A stretch of 64,000 bases of DNA from Microcoleus sp. (GCA_052279835.1 CP181291.1:2816001-2880000), one strand, 5' to 3'. Counted from the stretch's first letter, positions 1 to 10,722 are shown. The notes: generated by a model from the letters alone, not told the origin. Numbers and translations are program-made.

Positions 1-1
1 T

Positions 2-286
2 TCTCACCCGGAACCTGCGGATATCTTGTTAATGATTGAGGTTTCTGATTCTACTTTAAAGTACGATCAAATAACTAAGTTATCTCTGTATGCTGAGGCT
101 GGGATTTCTAATTATTGGATATTTAATTTAGTTGATAATCAACTGGAAATGCACAGCGAACCTTATCAAAAAAGACAAGGGGATTTCAATTATCGATCGC
201 AACGAGTTATTCTACAAAATGAGACTGTGGTAATTCCGGGCTTTCCCGATTTGTCTCTAGATTTATCCTTAGTGTTTCCAGCCTAA
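2..286 (+). CDS. Uma2 family (PD-(D/E)xK) endonuclease, 5' partial
   Basis: HPEPADILLMIEVSDSTLKYD...K..LYAEAGISNYWIFNL matches the typical Uma2 C-terminal motifs; the frame is open to the window edge. Confidence 0.85.
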   Translation, partial: SHPEPADILLMIEVSDSTLKYDQITKLSLYAEAGISNYWIFNLVDNQLEMHSEPYQKRQGDFNYRSQRVILQNETVVIPGFPDLSLDLSLVFPA

Positions 287-818
287 CCTGAATAGAGGCT
301 CTAAGTTAATTTATAGCAACCGCCAAGGCTGCTAAGGCGACTGCTATAAAATACTCTCACGATTTTCTGTATATTTTTATACATTTATAGCTGTGGCTAA
401 GTAACACGCATTTGCTGAGTATTATATTATACATAATATCGGTAAAATACTGCAAGATTATCGACTTTTTAACTAAAAATCCCTAACAATCTAATATTTC
501 TCAACAGTTTTATGAGATTTAGATGAATCTGGTTGCACAAATATGAGAAATTCGTTATGTTAATTTTTGTGTAAGCCTTGAAGCAGTCTCAACTCAATCC
601 GAAGATAGCTTTCAGCATAAATGCTGTACAAACAGTATTTAACGTATTCTTAACGAACCGCCCTGAAAATTCATTTTCAGGTAAATTGTTAATGCAATCT
701 TAAATAATGAATTTGTGCAGTTAACGCCTAGGAAGCTTGCCCAAAAAGCGATTGATAATTTTGAGGGTAGCCCGGATACACATACAGTTACTTACCAGCC
801 GAAAATTGCAACAATTTT

Positions 819-2057
819 ATGGGTGACATTCAAGCTACGTTTACAGCGACAGACCGTGCTTTTCATGTTGAAGGGTACGAAAAAATTGATTTCAGCTTAC
901 TCTATGTAGATGGCGCTTTCAAACTTGAAAATCCAGAAATTGCCGATAGCTATCGCCCCTTTGGTCGCTGTTTAATGGTTGTAGACCAGACAGTCTATGG
1001 TTTGTACGGCAAGCAAATGCACGCTTATTTCCAGTATCACGAGATAGATTTAACCGTCTTTCCAGTGAGTATCAAGGAACCAGATAAAACCTTAACCACC
1101 TTTGAAAGCATCATAGATGCCTTCGTTGATTTCGGACTCGTGCGGAAAGAACCTGTGTTAGTGGTTGGTGGTGGATTGACGACAGACGTAACTGGTTTTG
1201 CGTGTTCCTCCTATCGCCGTCGGACTAACTACATTCGCGTACCGACAACCTTAATTGGGCTGATTGATGCCAGTGTGGCGATCAAGGTAGCCGTGAACCA
1301 TGGTAAACTGAAAAACCGCCTTGGTGCTTACCACGCTTCGCAGAAAGTAATTTTAGATTTCTCGTTCCTAAAAACTTTGCCGATCGACCAAATACGCAAC
1401 GGCATGGCAGAGTTAATTAAGATCGCTGTAGTAGGTAACACAGAAATCTTCGAGTTATTGGAAAACTACGGCGAAGCATTGCTGCACAGCCATTTTGGTT
1501 ATTTAGATGGCACATCTGAACTGCGCCAAGTGGCACATCGCTTAACGTATAATGCGATTCAGTCGATGCTGGCCTTAGAAGTACCAAACCTGCACGAGCT
1601 AGATTTAGATCGAGTGATTGCTTATGGTCACACCTGGAGTCCGACGCTGGAACTAACACCGGAAATCCCGATGTTCCACGGCCATAGTGTCGCTATCGAT
1701 ATGGCTTTTTCGGCGACGATTGCCGGCCAGCGGGGCTACATTTCGATCGAAGAGCGCGATCGCATCCTAGGATTAATGAGTCGGCTGGGACTAGCAATTG
1801 ATAGCCCCTATCTCACCTCAGAATTGCTCTGGAAAGCCACAACATCCATCGCCCGTACCCGCGATGGCCTTCAACGTGCGGCGGCACCCAAGCCCATTGG
1901 TGAATGCTTTTTCATGAACGACTTGACTCGGACTGAGTTGGATCAAGCCCTAGCAGTGCATCGAGAAATCTGTCAGGGATACCCGCGCAATGGTGATGGC
2001 GAGGATATGTATGTAGTATTGGACAAAGTTGCAACTCGTTCCAAAGCCGGGGTATAA
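819..2057 (+). CDS. mysA: Demethyl-4-deoxygadusol synthase (sedoheptulose 7-phosphate cyclase)
   Basis: DHQS-like motifs [44 protein letters not shown]; first gene of an MAA cluster. Confidence 0.93.
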   Translation: MGDIQATFTATDRAFHVEGYEKIDFSLLYVDGAFKLENPEIADSYRPFGRCLMVVDQTVYGLYGKQMHAYFQYHEIDLTVFPVSIKEPDKTLTTFESIIDAFVDFGLVRKEPVLVVGGGLTTDVTGFACSSYRRRTNYIRVPTTLIGLIDASVAIKVAVNHGKLKNRLGAYHASQKVILDFSFLKTLPIDQIRNGMAELIKIAVVGNTEIFELLENYGEALLHSHFGYLDGTSELRQVAHRLTYNAIQSMLALEVPNLHELDLDRVIAYGHTWSPTLELTPEIPMFHGHSVAIDMAFSATIAGQRGYISIEERDRILGLMSRLGLAIDSPYLTSELLWKATTSIARTRDGLQRAAAPKPIGECFFMNDLTRTELDQALAVHREICQGYPRNGDGEDMYVVLDKVATRSKAGV

Positions 2058-2059
2058 AG

Positions 2060-2866
2060 ATGAGACCTGTTACCCCTGTCGGGATTTTAGCGGCTAAACT
2101 CGAAAGTCTGGTCGAGGAAGCAAAAAAAATCAATAATCTCGATCGAGCTTTCAAGGCAGAATTAAAACAAGCCTACGAATTAGCAAATGGTCTCGATCCC
2201 TACCTGAACCTTTGCACCACCCCGGAATCTCCAGCCTTAGCCACCTTAGTAAAGCGCACCCAATCAGAAGATTGGAGTCAGCGATTCTCTGACGGCGAGA
2301 CAGTGCGGCATTTGGAACAGGAAATGCTATCGGGCCATGTCGAAGGCCAAATGCTGAAATTTCTGGTCCATCTCACCAAAGCACAGCGCGTGCTCGAAAT
2401 CGGGATGTTCACTGGCTACTCAGCACTAGCGATGGCCGAAGCCCTTCCTGTTGATGGAGAAGTGGTAGCCTGCGAAGTAGATGCTTATGTAGCTGAATTT
2501 GCCCAAAAGTGTTTCAAGGAATCGAAGGTTGGCCACAAAATCTCAGTGAAGGTGGCACCAGCCCTAGAAACCATGAAACAACTGGCTGCTGCTGGAGAAG
2601 TGTTCGATTTGGTGTTTATCGATGCTGATAAAGCTGGATACATAGATTATCTCGATTTACTACTCACCACTGGGCTGTTGGCTCCCAATGGCTTGATTTG
2701 TGCCGATAATACTCTGATGCAGGGACAGCCCTATTTGTCATCGGGTACTGCTACTGCTAACGGAATTGCGATCGGCAAATTCAACCAAGCTGTAGTTGAC
2801 GATCCGCGCGTAGAGCAGGTGTTAGTGCCGCTCAGAGATGGGATTACCTTGATTCGGCGCGTTTAG
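2060..2866 (+). CDS. mysB: O-methyltransferase (4-deoxygadusol formation)
   Basis: RPVTPVGIL N-terminus, VLEIGMFTGYS SAM motif, FIDADK; starts 2 nt after mysA. Confidence 0.92.
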   Translation: MRPVTPVGILAAKLESLVEEAKKINNLDRAFKAELKQAYELANGLDPYLNLCTTPESPALATLVKRTQSEDWSQRFSDGETVRHLEQEMLSGHVEGQMLKFLVHLTKAQRVLEIGMFTGYSALAMAEALPVDGEVVACEVDAYVAEFAQKCFKESKVGHKISVKVAPALETMKQLAAAGEVFDLVFIDADKAGYIDYLDLLLTTGLLAPNGLICADNTLMQGQPYLSSGTATANGIAIGKFNQAVVDDPRVEQVLVPLRDGITLIRRV

Positions 2867-2877
2867 CAATGTTAATG

Positions 2878-3022
2878 AGGAGACGGCAATGCCTATAGGC
2901 ATCAACTTAAGGTATAACCAATAGTCCGGCAGGGGTTGAAACCCCTGTCGGACTCGTAGGATGACTGACAGACTTGGTGCGCGGACAGCTTAAGTTGACA
3001 CCTATTAACACTGCCGTGTCCT
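2878..3022. mobile_element. MITE/REP-like palindromic element (short copy of 5542-5860)
   Basis: Imperfect ~34 bp inverted ends AGGAGACGGCAATG..TAGGCATCAACTTAAG / CTTAAGTTGACACCTA..CACTGCCGTGTCCT; internal CAGGGGTTGAAACCCCTG hairpin. Confidence 0.7.
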
Positions 3023-3101
3023 GATTTTCAGTAATATTAATTCCGATGCCAACGAATTTAATATTAATTAAGAATTTTTACGGTCAAACCAGAAAAATAT
3101 T

Positions 3102-4493
3102 ATGAAAACAATTTCAGTTGCAACGATGCCATCTGAACAGGAAACAAATGCGGAAAATCGGAGCTTCCAAACAGCACTTAAAACCCTAGCAACTCTGACT
3201 TTGTTGCTATTAGTAATGCCCCTGAATCTCGCTTTGACAATCTTCGCCTTGCTCAGAGCCATCATCATCAAACCGTTCCAGTCTCCACCGACTACAGCCA
3301 ATCCCCAAACGATTTTGATCAGTGGGGGCAAGATGACTAAGGCATTACAGCTAGCGCGATCGTTCCACAAAGCCGGTCATCGCGTAATTTTGATTGAAAC
3401 CGAGAAATACTGGCTGAGTGGTCATCGTTACTCTTGGGCGATCGATCGCTTTTACACAGTACCCAATCCCCAAACAGAAGAATACTCCCAAGCACTGTTA
3501 AAAATTGTCCAAAAAGAGGGAGTTAATGTTTATGTTCCCGTGTGTAGTCCCGTCGCCAGTTACTACGATGCCGAAGTCCAAAGCGTACTTTCTCCCCACT
3601 GTACGGTAATGCACGTCGATGTGGAAACCCTGCAAAGATTAGATGATAAGTATACATTTGCCACCGCTGCGGAAGCCTTGGGGCTGCGAGTCCCGAAGTC
3701 CTATCGCATTACCAATCCCCAGCAAGTAATTGATTTTGATTTTAGTCATGCACAGCGCCCGTACATTATCAAAAGTATTCCCTACGATTCTATCCGCAGA
3801 TTAAATTTAACTAAATTACCCTGCAAAACCCCATCAGAGACTGCCGCTTTTGTCAACTCTTTACCAATTTCTGAGAGTAAACCTTGGATAATGCAAGAAT
3901 ATATTCCGGGACAAGAGTTCTGCACTCACAGTACAATCCGTGATGGTCATGTTCAGTTGCACTGTTGCTGTGAATCATCGGCATTTCAGGTAAACTACGA
4001 AAATGTCGATCGCCCGGATATCGAAAATTGGATTCGTCAGTTCGCCAAAAGTCTCAATTTGACTGGACAAGTTTCCTTTGATTTCATTCAGGCGGCGGAT
4101 GATGGAGAGATTTATGCGATCGAATGTAATCCCCGCACCCATTCAGCCATCACCATGTTTTACAACCATCCCGATGTCGCTAAGGCTTATTTAGAACACG
4201 ATGCTCTACCTGAGACTGTGCAGCCCTTGGCATCTAGCCGCCCGACTTACTGGATTTATCATGAAATTTGGCGCTTGGTGACTCATTTGTCGTCGCCAAA
4301 GCTAGTTTCTGAGCGGTTACAAATTATCGCCCAAGGTAAAGATGCCATTTTCGATTGGAACGATCCATTACCATTTTTGATGGTGCATCATTGGCAAATT
4401 CCACTGTTGTTATGGGGAAATTTGCAGAAGCCGAAAGAGTGGATTCGGATTGATTTTAATATTGGTAAACTTGTGGAAATCGGGGGAGATTGA
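3102..4493 (+). CDS. mysC: ATP-grasp ligase, mycosporine-glycine synthase
   Basis: ISGGKMTKALQLARSF, WIMQEYIPG, IECNPRTHS, IDFNIGKLVE motifs; position in the cluster. Confidence 0.92.
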   Translation: MKTISVATMPSEQETNAENRSFQTALKTLATLTLLLLVMPLNLALTIFALLRAIIIKPFQSPPTTANPQTILISGGKMTKALQLARSFHKAGHRVILIETEKYWLSGHRYSWAIDRFYTVPNPQTEEYSQALLKIVQKEGVNVYVPVCSPVASYYDAEVQSVLSPHCTVMHVDVETLQRLDDKYTFATAAEALGLRVPKSYRITNPQQVIDFDFSHAQRPYIIKSIPYDSIRRLNLTKLPCKTPSETAAFVNSLPISESKPWIMQEYIPGQEFCTHSTIRDGHVQLHCCCESSAFQVNYENVDRPDIENWIRQFAKSLNLTGQVSFDFIQAADDGEIYAIECNPRTHSAITMFYNHPDVAKAYLEHDALPETVQPLASSRPTYWIYHEIWRLVTHLSSPKLVSERLQIIAQGKDAIFDWNDPLPFLMVHHWQIPLLLWGNLQKPKEWIRIDFNIGKLVEIGGD

Positions 4494-4497
4494 GTAG

Positions 4498-5535
4498 ATG
4501 TCAGTATTACGGGTTTTGCATTTAGTTGGCTCGGCCGTCAGTGATTTTTACTGTAATTTGTCGCGGCTTTACGCCCAAGATTGTTTGGAGAATACGGCTA
4601 ATTCAGCACTGTATGAATTTCATATTGCCTATGTTTCTCCCGATCGCACTTGGCGTTTTCCGACATCTCTCGATAAAAGTGCGATCGCGGCGGCGAATCC
4701 CATGTCTTTAGCGGGGGCTGTGCAGGTGCTGAGTGACCTTAAAATTGATGTCATGGTCCCCCAGATGTTTTGCATCCCAGGCATGACTCAATACCGCAGT
4801 TTGTTCGATTTGCTGCATATTCCTTATGTGGGTAATCCCGCAGAGTTGATGGCGCTGGTGGCTGACAAAGCGAGGACGAAGGCGGTGGTAGCAGCGGCTG
4901 GGGTGAGTGTACCGTTGGGAGAAGTTGTCCGTAGGGGCGATCGAACTTCGATCGATTTCCCAGCCGTACTTAAGCCAGTGAATAGTGATAATTCCATTGG
5001 AGTGGCTTTCGTGAAAAATGCTGCTGACTATGATGCAGCTTTGCAGACAGCATTAACTCATTCAGATGAAGTGCTAGTAGAAAAATTCATTGAATTGGGT
5101 AGAGAAGTTCGGTGTGGAATTATCGTCAAAGCAGGCGAGTTAGTCTGTTTGCCACTGGAAGAGTATGCTCTAGATCCTGATACGAAGCCGATTAGGAGTT
5201 ATGCTGATAAGCTCAAACAAAATGATGATGGCAACTTGAGCTTGACCTCTAAGGATAGTACCAAATCGTGGATAGTTGACACCAGCGATCCAGTCACGGA
5301 AAGGGTTCATGCTATGGCCATAAAATGCCACATCGCTTTGGATTGTCGCGATTATAGTCTATTTGATTTTCGCATCGATCCGCAGGGACAACCTTGGTTC
5401 TTGGAAGCGGGGCTATACTGTTCTTTTGCTCAGAAAAGTGTGCTTTCTACTATGGCCAAAGCATCAGGAACTTCTCTGGATACTTTTTTTGAAAGTATGT
5501 TGCAAAACGCCTTATGTGAAATCCCAAATAACTAA
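4498..5535 (+). CDS. mysD: D-Ala-D-Ala ligase-like MAA ligase
   Basis: VLHLVGS..DFYCNLSRLYA, PQMFC, YSLFDFRID, LEAGLYCSFA motifs; directly follows mysC. Confidence 0.9.
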   Translation: MSVLRVLHLVGSAVSDFYCNLSRLYAQDCLENTANSALYEFHIAYVSPDRTWRFPTSLDKSAIAAANPMSLAGAVQVLSDLKIDVMVPQMFCIPGMTQYRSLFDLLHIPYVGNPAELMALVADKARTKAVVAAAGVSVPLGEVVRRGDRTSIDFPAVLKPVNSDNSIGVAFVKNAADYDAALQTALTHSDEVLVEKFIELGREVRCGIIVKAGELVCLPLEEYALDPDTKPIRSYADKLKQNDDGNLSLTSKDSTKSWIVDTSDPVTERVHAMAIKCHIALDCRDYSLFDFRIDPQGQPWFLEAGLYCSFAQKSVLSTMAKASGTSLDTFFESMLQNALCEIPNN

Positions 5536-5541
5536 GAAATT

Positions 5542-5860
5542 AGGACACGGCAGTGCCCATTGGTGTCAAGTTAAGCCTGAAAGCCCGCCAAGTCCGTTAG
5601 TCATCCCACAAGTCCGCCAGGGGTTAAAACCCCTGTCTAATAGCTAAAGTCGGTTGAAACCGACGGTCGATTTGCCCCAAACCAATACACATCAACTAAC
5701 TCTTCAGTCCTCTCAAAGAGAACTGAAGAACTCATTAGTCCTCTTTGAGAGGACTTTTGCTATTAGACAGGGAATTGATTCCCTGTCGGACTCGCCTGCC
5801 CACTAACGGATTTGGCGGGCCCAGAGCTTAAATTGACACCTATGGACACTGCCGTGTCCT
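5542..5860. mobile_element. Nested palindromic MITE (~320 bp)
   Basis: ~35 bp outer inverted repeats AGGACACGGCAGTG..GGTGTCAA(G/T)TTAAGC; inner IRs GCCCGCCAAGTCCGTTAGT/ACTAACGGATTTGGCGGGC and CCCTGTCTAATAGC/GCTATTAGACAGGG. Confidence 0.8.
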
Positions 5861-5943
5861 CTGTATCATTTTAAAATAGGAACAGGACTTGTGCCATCTT
5901 TGAGCTTTCCGCATACTAATCACCAGACACAGGAAACCGCAAT

Positions 5944-6567
5944 ATGATCCAAACCATATCCAAAACAATCACGTTTGATGAGTTCGTTGCTTGGTATCCA
6001 GAGAACTCTGTCCATAAGTACGAATTACACAATGGAGTAATTGTTGAAATGCCTTTAGGAACCGGCCGCCATTCCCGCGTTATAGGTTTAACCAGGGACG
6101 AAATCAGCGCAGAAATCAGGCGACTGAAATTGCCTTGCTTTATCCCCGGCCACTGCCTACTCAAACCCGTCCGCAACGAGGCGGGCTACCTGCCAGACGC
6201 AGTTGTCCTGGATGAAGCAGCTCTCGCAAAAGAACCGCGCTGGGATAGGGAAACCATCATCGCGATGGGGTCTTCGGTGCGAATGGCTGTAGAGGTCGTC
6301 AGCACGAACTGGCGGGACGATTACCATCTCAAATTCGCTGACTACGAAGAAATGGGCATCCCCGAATACTGGATTGTGGACTACCTCGGTTTGGGCGGCC
6401 GCAAGTTCATCGGTACTCCCAAACAACCCACACTATCGGTTTGCCAGTTGGTTGACGGTGAGTATCAGGTAAAACAGTTTAAGGGCGATGACATAGTTGA
6501 GTCGCTGGCTTTTCCAGAATTGAAATTAACGGCAGAAAAGATTTTTCTTGCTGGCTTGCCAAACTAG
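5944..6567 (+). CDS. Uma2 family endonuclease
   Basis: YELHNGVIVEM, PDAVV, VEVVSTNWRDDY..K..DYEEMGIPEYWIVD. Confidence 0.9.
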   Translation: MIQTISKTITFDEFVAWYPENSVHKYELHNGVIVEMPLGTGRHSRVIGLTRDEISAEIRRLKLPCFIPGHCLLKPVRNEAGYLPDAVVLDEAALAKEPRWDRETIIAMGSSVRMAVEVVSTNWRDDYHLKFADYEEMGIPEYWIVDYLGLGGRKFIGTPKQPTLSVCQLVDGEYQVKQFKGDDIVESLAFPELKLTAEKIFLAGLPN

Positions 6568-6688
6568 CGAGTACAAATTATGCAAAGGGCGATCGAGGAT
6601 TGGATGATATTACGATGGGTTGGCTACTATTTCATCAACTAAAAAAACTTAAATTTGACAGCAATAAACCAAAAAGCCTTTATTTCTT

Positions 6689-6822
6689 AGTCCGCGGAGG
6701 CGGACTTTGTTTGTATAGTAGCGGTTTCAACCGCCGAATCATCTACGCACGGGTGGTCAGAAACCGAGTTTTTTCGCGGTTGTGCGATCGTAACCAAGTA
6801 TTCTCCCAAAAACCCGGTTTCT
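6689..6822. repeat. Two dispersed repeat elements (GTCCGCGGAGGCGGAC family and AAAAACCCGGTTTCT family)
   Basis: The same motifs recur at 15119-15210, 22341-22510, 10992-11054 and ~25805. Confidence 0.75.
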
Positions 6823-6933
6823 CTGGTTTTGATGCGTAATTCCCCGATCGCATCCAACGACACATTGCAACTTATCAAATAGTGTGATACCATAAAACGT
6901 TCTCAAAAATAGCGCAACAGCAAATATTACTGC

Positions 6934-8250
6934 ATGGCAACGAAGCCAACGATCGCATTTACTCACCTCGGTTGCGAAAAAAATCGCATTGATACCGAAC
7001 ACATGATTGGCTTGCTGGCTCAAGCAGGCTATCAAGTCGATTCTAATGAAGAATTAGCGGATTACGTCGTCGTCAATACTTGCAGTTTTATCCAAGCTGC
7101 GCGAGAAGAATCAGTCCGCACTCTGGTAGAATTAGCCGAAGCTAAGAAAAAAGTAGTCATCACCGGCTGCATGGCACAGCATTTTCAACAGGAATTGCTA
7201 GATGAATTGCCCGAAGCAGTGGCAATTGTCGGCACTGGCGACTATCATCAAATAGTCGATGTAATGCAACAGGTGGAAAAAGGCGATCGAGTTTCCCTCG
7301 TCTCTACTGAACCAACTTACATCGCTGATGAAACCACTCCTCGCTACCGCACGACATCGGAGGGTGTCGCCTATCTGCGAATAGCCGAAGGCTGCGACTA
7401 TCGCTGTGCTTTTTGCATCATCCCCCACTTGCGCGGAAATCAGCGATCGCGGACGATCGAATCTATTGTCGCCGAAGCTAAGCAATTAGCCTCCGAAGGG
7501 GTAAAGGAAATTATCCTAATTTCTCAAATTACCACCAACTACGGCAAAGATATTTATGGGGAACCCAAACTAGCCGAACTGCTTCGGGCTTTGGGTAAAG
7601 TAGATGTACCTTGGATTCGGATGCACTACGCCTATCCTACAGGTCTGACTCCGCAAGTTGTCGAGGCAATGCGAGAAACGCCAAACGTTCTGCCATACTT
7701 GGATTTACCTCTGCAACATTCCCATCCCGAAATTCTGCGGGCGATGAATCGGCCTTTTCAAGCTGGGATTAATGATGCTATAGTCGATCGGCTGAAAGCA
7801 TCAATTCCCGGTGCGGTAATGCGGACAACTTTTATTGTCGGCTTCCCCGGCGAAACAGACGAACACGCAGCACACTTGCTGGAATTTGTCAAGCGCCACG
7901 AATTCGATCACGTCGGAGTTTTCGTATTCTCCCCAGAAGAAGGAACGCCAGCCTACAGTTTGCCTCAGCAATTACCAGCAGAAATAATGGAAATGCGGCG
8001 AAATTCGGTAATGGCGGCACAACAACCTATATCATTGAAAAAGAATCAAGCATCTGTCGGTCAGGTAGTTGATGTCCTGATAGAACAAGAACAACCAGAG
8101 ACAGGTGAGTTGATTGGTAGATCCGCCCGGTTCTCCCCCGAAGTAGACGGACTCGTCTATGTGACAGGAGAAGCGCGGCTCGGTTCAATGGTATCCGTGA
8201 AAATTACTGGTGCAGACGTCTACGACCTTTACGGTCAAGTCAGTAGTTAG
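6934..8250 (+). CDS. rimO: Ribosomal protein S12 methylthiotransferase
   Basis: [18 protein letters not shown], radical SAM motif [10 protein letters not shown]-terminal TRAM domain. Confidence 0.96.
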   Translation: MATKPTIAFTHLGCEKNRIDTEHMIGLLAQAGYQVDSNEELADYVVVNTCSFIQAAREESVRTLVELAEAKKKVVITGCMAQHFQQELLDELPEAVAIVGTGDYHQIVDVMQQVEKGDRVSLVSTEPTYIADETTPRYRTTSEGVAYLRIAEGCDYRCAFCIIPHLRGNQRSRTIESIVAEAKQLASEGVKEIILISQITTNYGKDIYGEPKLAELLRALGKVDVPWIRMHYAYPTGLTPQVVEAMRETPNVLPYLDLPLQHSHPEILRAMNRPFQAGINDAIVDRLKASIPGAVMRTTFIVGFPGETDEHAAHLLEFVKRHEFDHVGVFVFSPEEGTPAYSLPQQLPAEIMEMRRNSVMAAQQPISLKKNQASVGQVVDVLIEQEQPETGELIGRSARFSPEVDGLVYVTGEARLGSMVSVKITGADVYDLYGQVSS

Positions 8251-8312
8251 TCTCTACAGAACAATCAGAAAGTTTTAACAAATTTAATGTTTTGTTTCTG
8301 AATGTAAAGAGC

Positions 8313-8318
8313 TATAAT
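8313..8318 (+). promoter_or_regulatory. Putative -10 box for the helicase leader transcript
   Basis: Consensus TATAAT in an AT-rich stretch just before the structured region; -35 unclear. Confidence 0.45.
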
Positions 8319-8324
8319 GTAGTA

Positions 8325-8830
8325 ACAAGCCAGACATAAGCGGGATGATCCTAGATTGCTTCGCCGTCGGTCCCACACCACAACGGTATGCCGAAGAAGT
8401 GTAGAGCTGATAGGCGGTGACGGTCGCTACATCCCTTACTTAATCCCGTAGACGAAAGATTGCGGGATAGCGCCTGAACCAATAAACGTGGTTACTACTA
8501 TTTAGTGAAGTGGGGCTAGTCATAATCCTCACTATAAAAAGCCCAAGAGGGAAAACTGGCGAGTACCTCAAAGGAAGTTCAATACGCTTTTCAAGGCTGT
8601 TGAAAGCTTACAACATACCGCTGGCGGTTTGTGTAGGTCATGTCACAAAATCAAAGACGGCTGTCGAATTGGTAAATTAGTCACCATCGACGGAGCTGCC
8701 CTATACTCGATTGCTATTTAAAAAGGTGCGCGCAGGCGCAGCACCATACAGAACTCTTATGAGTTCCTGCCCTAGAGCAGAAATCCGCATCCGAGTTGGG
8801 CGACTTAGAAGGCTAAGACTCGTTATTAGG
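8325..8830 (+). ncRNA. Candidate large structured RNA / 5' leader of the DEAD-box helicase
   Basis: Many nested complementary segments found by eye (see finding); no credible ORF. Confidence 0.6.
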
Positions 8831-8837
8831 AGCATTA

Positions 8838-10322
8838 ATGAATTTATTGTTTGAAGGCTTGGGTCTTTCGGAAGAACTCGTTCTCCATCTGGAAACACTA
8901 GGCTTTACAGAACCTACTCCCATCCAAGTACAAGCAATTCCGCACTTGCTAGCAGGTCGCGACGTTGTGGGTCAAGCCCAAACTGGAACGGGCAAAACGG
9001 CAGCATTCTCGTTGCCCATCTTGGAGCGGATTGATTTAGATGTAACTGCGGTGCAAGCACTGGTGCTGACACCAACTCGCGAATTGGCGATGCAAGTAAC
9101 TGAAGCCATCCGCGATTTGAGCGGTATTAGTAGTGATGGCCCGGTGAAAGTAGGTCGCTCTCTACAAGTTTTGACGGTGTACGGTGGTCAGTCGATCGAT
9201 CGCCAAATGCAGCGCTTGAAGCGTGGCGTTCACGTTGTGGTCGGTACACCCGGACGTATCTTGGATATGTTGAGCCGGGGAAGCCTGAAACTCGACAGAG
9301 TGAAATGGTTGGTTTTGGATGAAGCTGACGAAATGCTGAGCATGGGCTTTATTCAAGATGTGGAAAAAATCTTGGATGCAGCACCAAAAGAACGTCAAAC
9401 GGCATTTTTCTCGGCGACAATGGAACCTTCCATTCGCAAATTGGTGGCACGCCATTTGTGCAATCCAGTTAACGTCACCGTAGAACAACCAAAAGCAACG
9501 CCGAAGCGCATTGGTCAAGGCGTCTACATGATTCCCCGCGGCTGGTCGAAGGCAAGAGCTTTGCAGCCTATTCTAGAAATGGAAGACCCGGAATCGGCGC
9601 TGATTTTTGTGCGGACTCGGCAGTCGGCGGCGGAACTCACCAGCCAACTGCAAGCAGCAGGCCACAGCGTTGATGAATATCACGGTAATTTGAACCAAGC
9701 ACAGCGGGAACGTTTGCTGTCGCGGTTCCGCCAATGTCAGGTGCGCTGGGTAGTGGCGACTGATATTGCAGCCCGCGGTTTGGATGTGGATCACTTGACT
9801 CACGTAATTAACTACGATTTACCCGACAGCGTGGAAAGCTACGTTCACCGGATCGGCCGCACGGGCCGGGCGGGTCGGGAAGGAACCGCAATTACGCTGA
9901 TCCAACCAGTAGACCGTCGGAAACTGCGCTTGATCGAACGTCACGTTCGCCAAAATTTGACGGTGCGAAATATTCCGACGCGGGCGCAAATAGAAGCGCG
10001 GCAGTTGGAAAAGATGCAGTCTAAGGTTCGCGAAGCCTTGGCTGGGGAACGGATGGCATCTTTCTTGCCTCTGGTGTCTCAGTTGTCTGAGGAGTATGAC
10101 TCCCACGCGATCGCCGCTGCTGCTTTGCAAATGGCTTTCGATCAAAGCCGTCCAGCTTGGATGGGTGCGGATTACGCTCAACAAGAAGATCCCCCGATCG
10201 CCGAAAATGGTGTGAAGCCGATCTTGATCAAGAAGCGGCCTAAGAATGGTACGGGACCAAGTAACACTCCGTCACCGAGCCTTTCAGGAGCGTCAGGTTC
10301 TCCGGTTCCACAAAACTACTAA
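8838..10322 (+). CDS. crhR: DEAD-box RNA helicase (CrhR/DeaD-like)
   Basis: Q motif, AQTGTGKT, PTRELA, DEAD, SAT, ARGLD, HRIGRTGR; AGGAG RBS; rimO-crhR synteny. Confidence 0.9.
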   Translation: MNLLFEGLGLSEELVLHLETLGFTEPTPIQVQAIPHLLAGRDVVGQAQTGTGKTAAFSLPILERIDLDVTAVQALVLTPTRELAMQVTEAIRDLSGISSDGPVKVGRSLQVLTVYGGQSIDRQMQRLKRGVHVVVGTPGRILDMLSRGSLKLDRVKWLVLDEADEMLSMGFIQDVEKILDAAPKERQTAFFSATMEPSIRKLVARHLCNPVNVTVEQPKATPKRIGQGVYMIPRGWSKARALQPILEMEDPESALIFVRTRQSAAELTSQLQAAGHSVDEYHGNLNQAQRERLLSRFRQCQVRWVVATDIAARGLDVDHLTHVINYDLPDSVESYVHRIGRTGRAGREGTAITLIQPVDRRKLRLIERHVRQNLTVRNIPTRAQIEARQLEKMQSKVREALAGERMASFLPLVSQLSEEYDSHAIAAAALQMAFDQSRPAWMGADYAQQEDPPIAENGVKPILIKKRPKNGTGPSNTPSPSLSGASGSPVPQNY

Positions 10323-10336
10323 TTTGTAGGTAATTT

Positions 10337-10403
10337 GTAGGGTGCGCTGCGCGCGCCTTACTTTAAATTTTGGTAGAGATGCGATCGTCGATCGCATCTC
10401 TAC
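10337..10403. repeat. Two REP-like hairpins (GTAG...C/TTAC ends); possible terminator role
   Basis: GTAGGGTGCGC..GCGCGCCTTAC and GTAGAGATGCGATCG-T-CGATCGCATCTCTAC. Confidence 0.7.
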
Positions 10404-10534
10404 TTTGTTTCAAGGGTGTGATATCGTTTCAGGTTGTATCGGAATGATTTAACCGCGAAGGCGCTCATGACGCGAAGGAAGAGAAGACAGAGATTAATAC
10501 AGGACGATGAAGAGAGGATTTGAGATGAGACTCT

Positions 10535-10720
10535 ATGGGAAAGAAAAACCATAAAAAAGCTATTCGTTCGCTGAACAAGCGAATTACTGAACATCAAGAA
10601 AAGATTAGACTGGAATATGAGAAGGATTTTCCCGATCAAGGCTTAATCAGGCATTGGGACAGCGAAATTCTGGCTTTTGAGAAAGGAATTCAGCAAGCTT
10701 TAAAACGACTAGGTAAGTAA
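10535..10720 (+). CDS. Small basic hypothetical protein (putative toxin-like)
   Basis: 61 aa ORF, Lys/Arg-rich, ends 2 nt before the next ORF. Confidence 0.7.
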   Translation: MGKKNHKKAIRSLNKRITEHQEKIRLEYEKDFPDQGLIRHWDSEILAFEKGIQQALKRLGK

Positions 10721-10722
10721 AG

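Noticed and set aside
8325..8830. RNase P, tmRNA or group I intron identity; ORF 8701-8898
   Set aside because: No GAGGAAAGTCC motif, no tmRNA termini or tag, and no host-gene exons; the ORF is an antisense shadow
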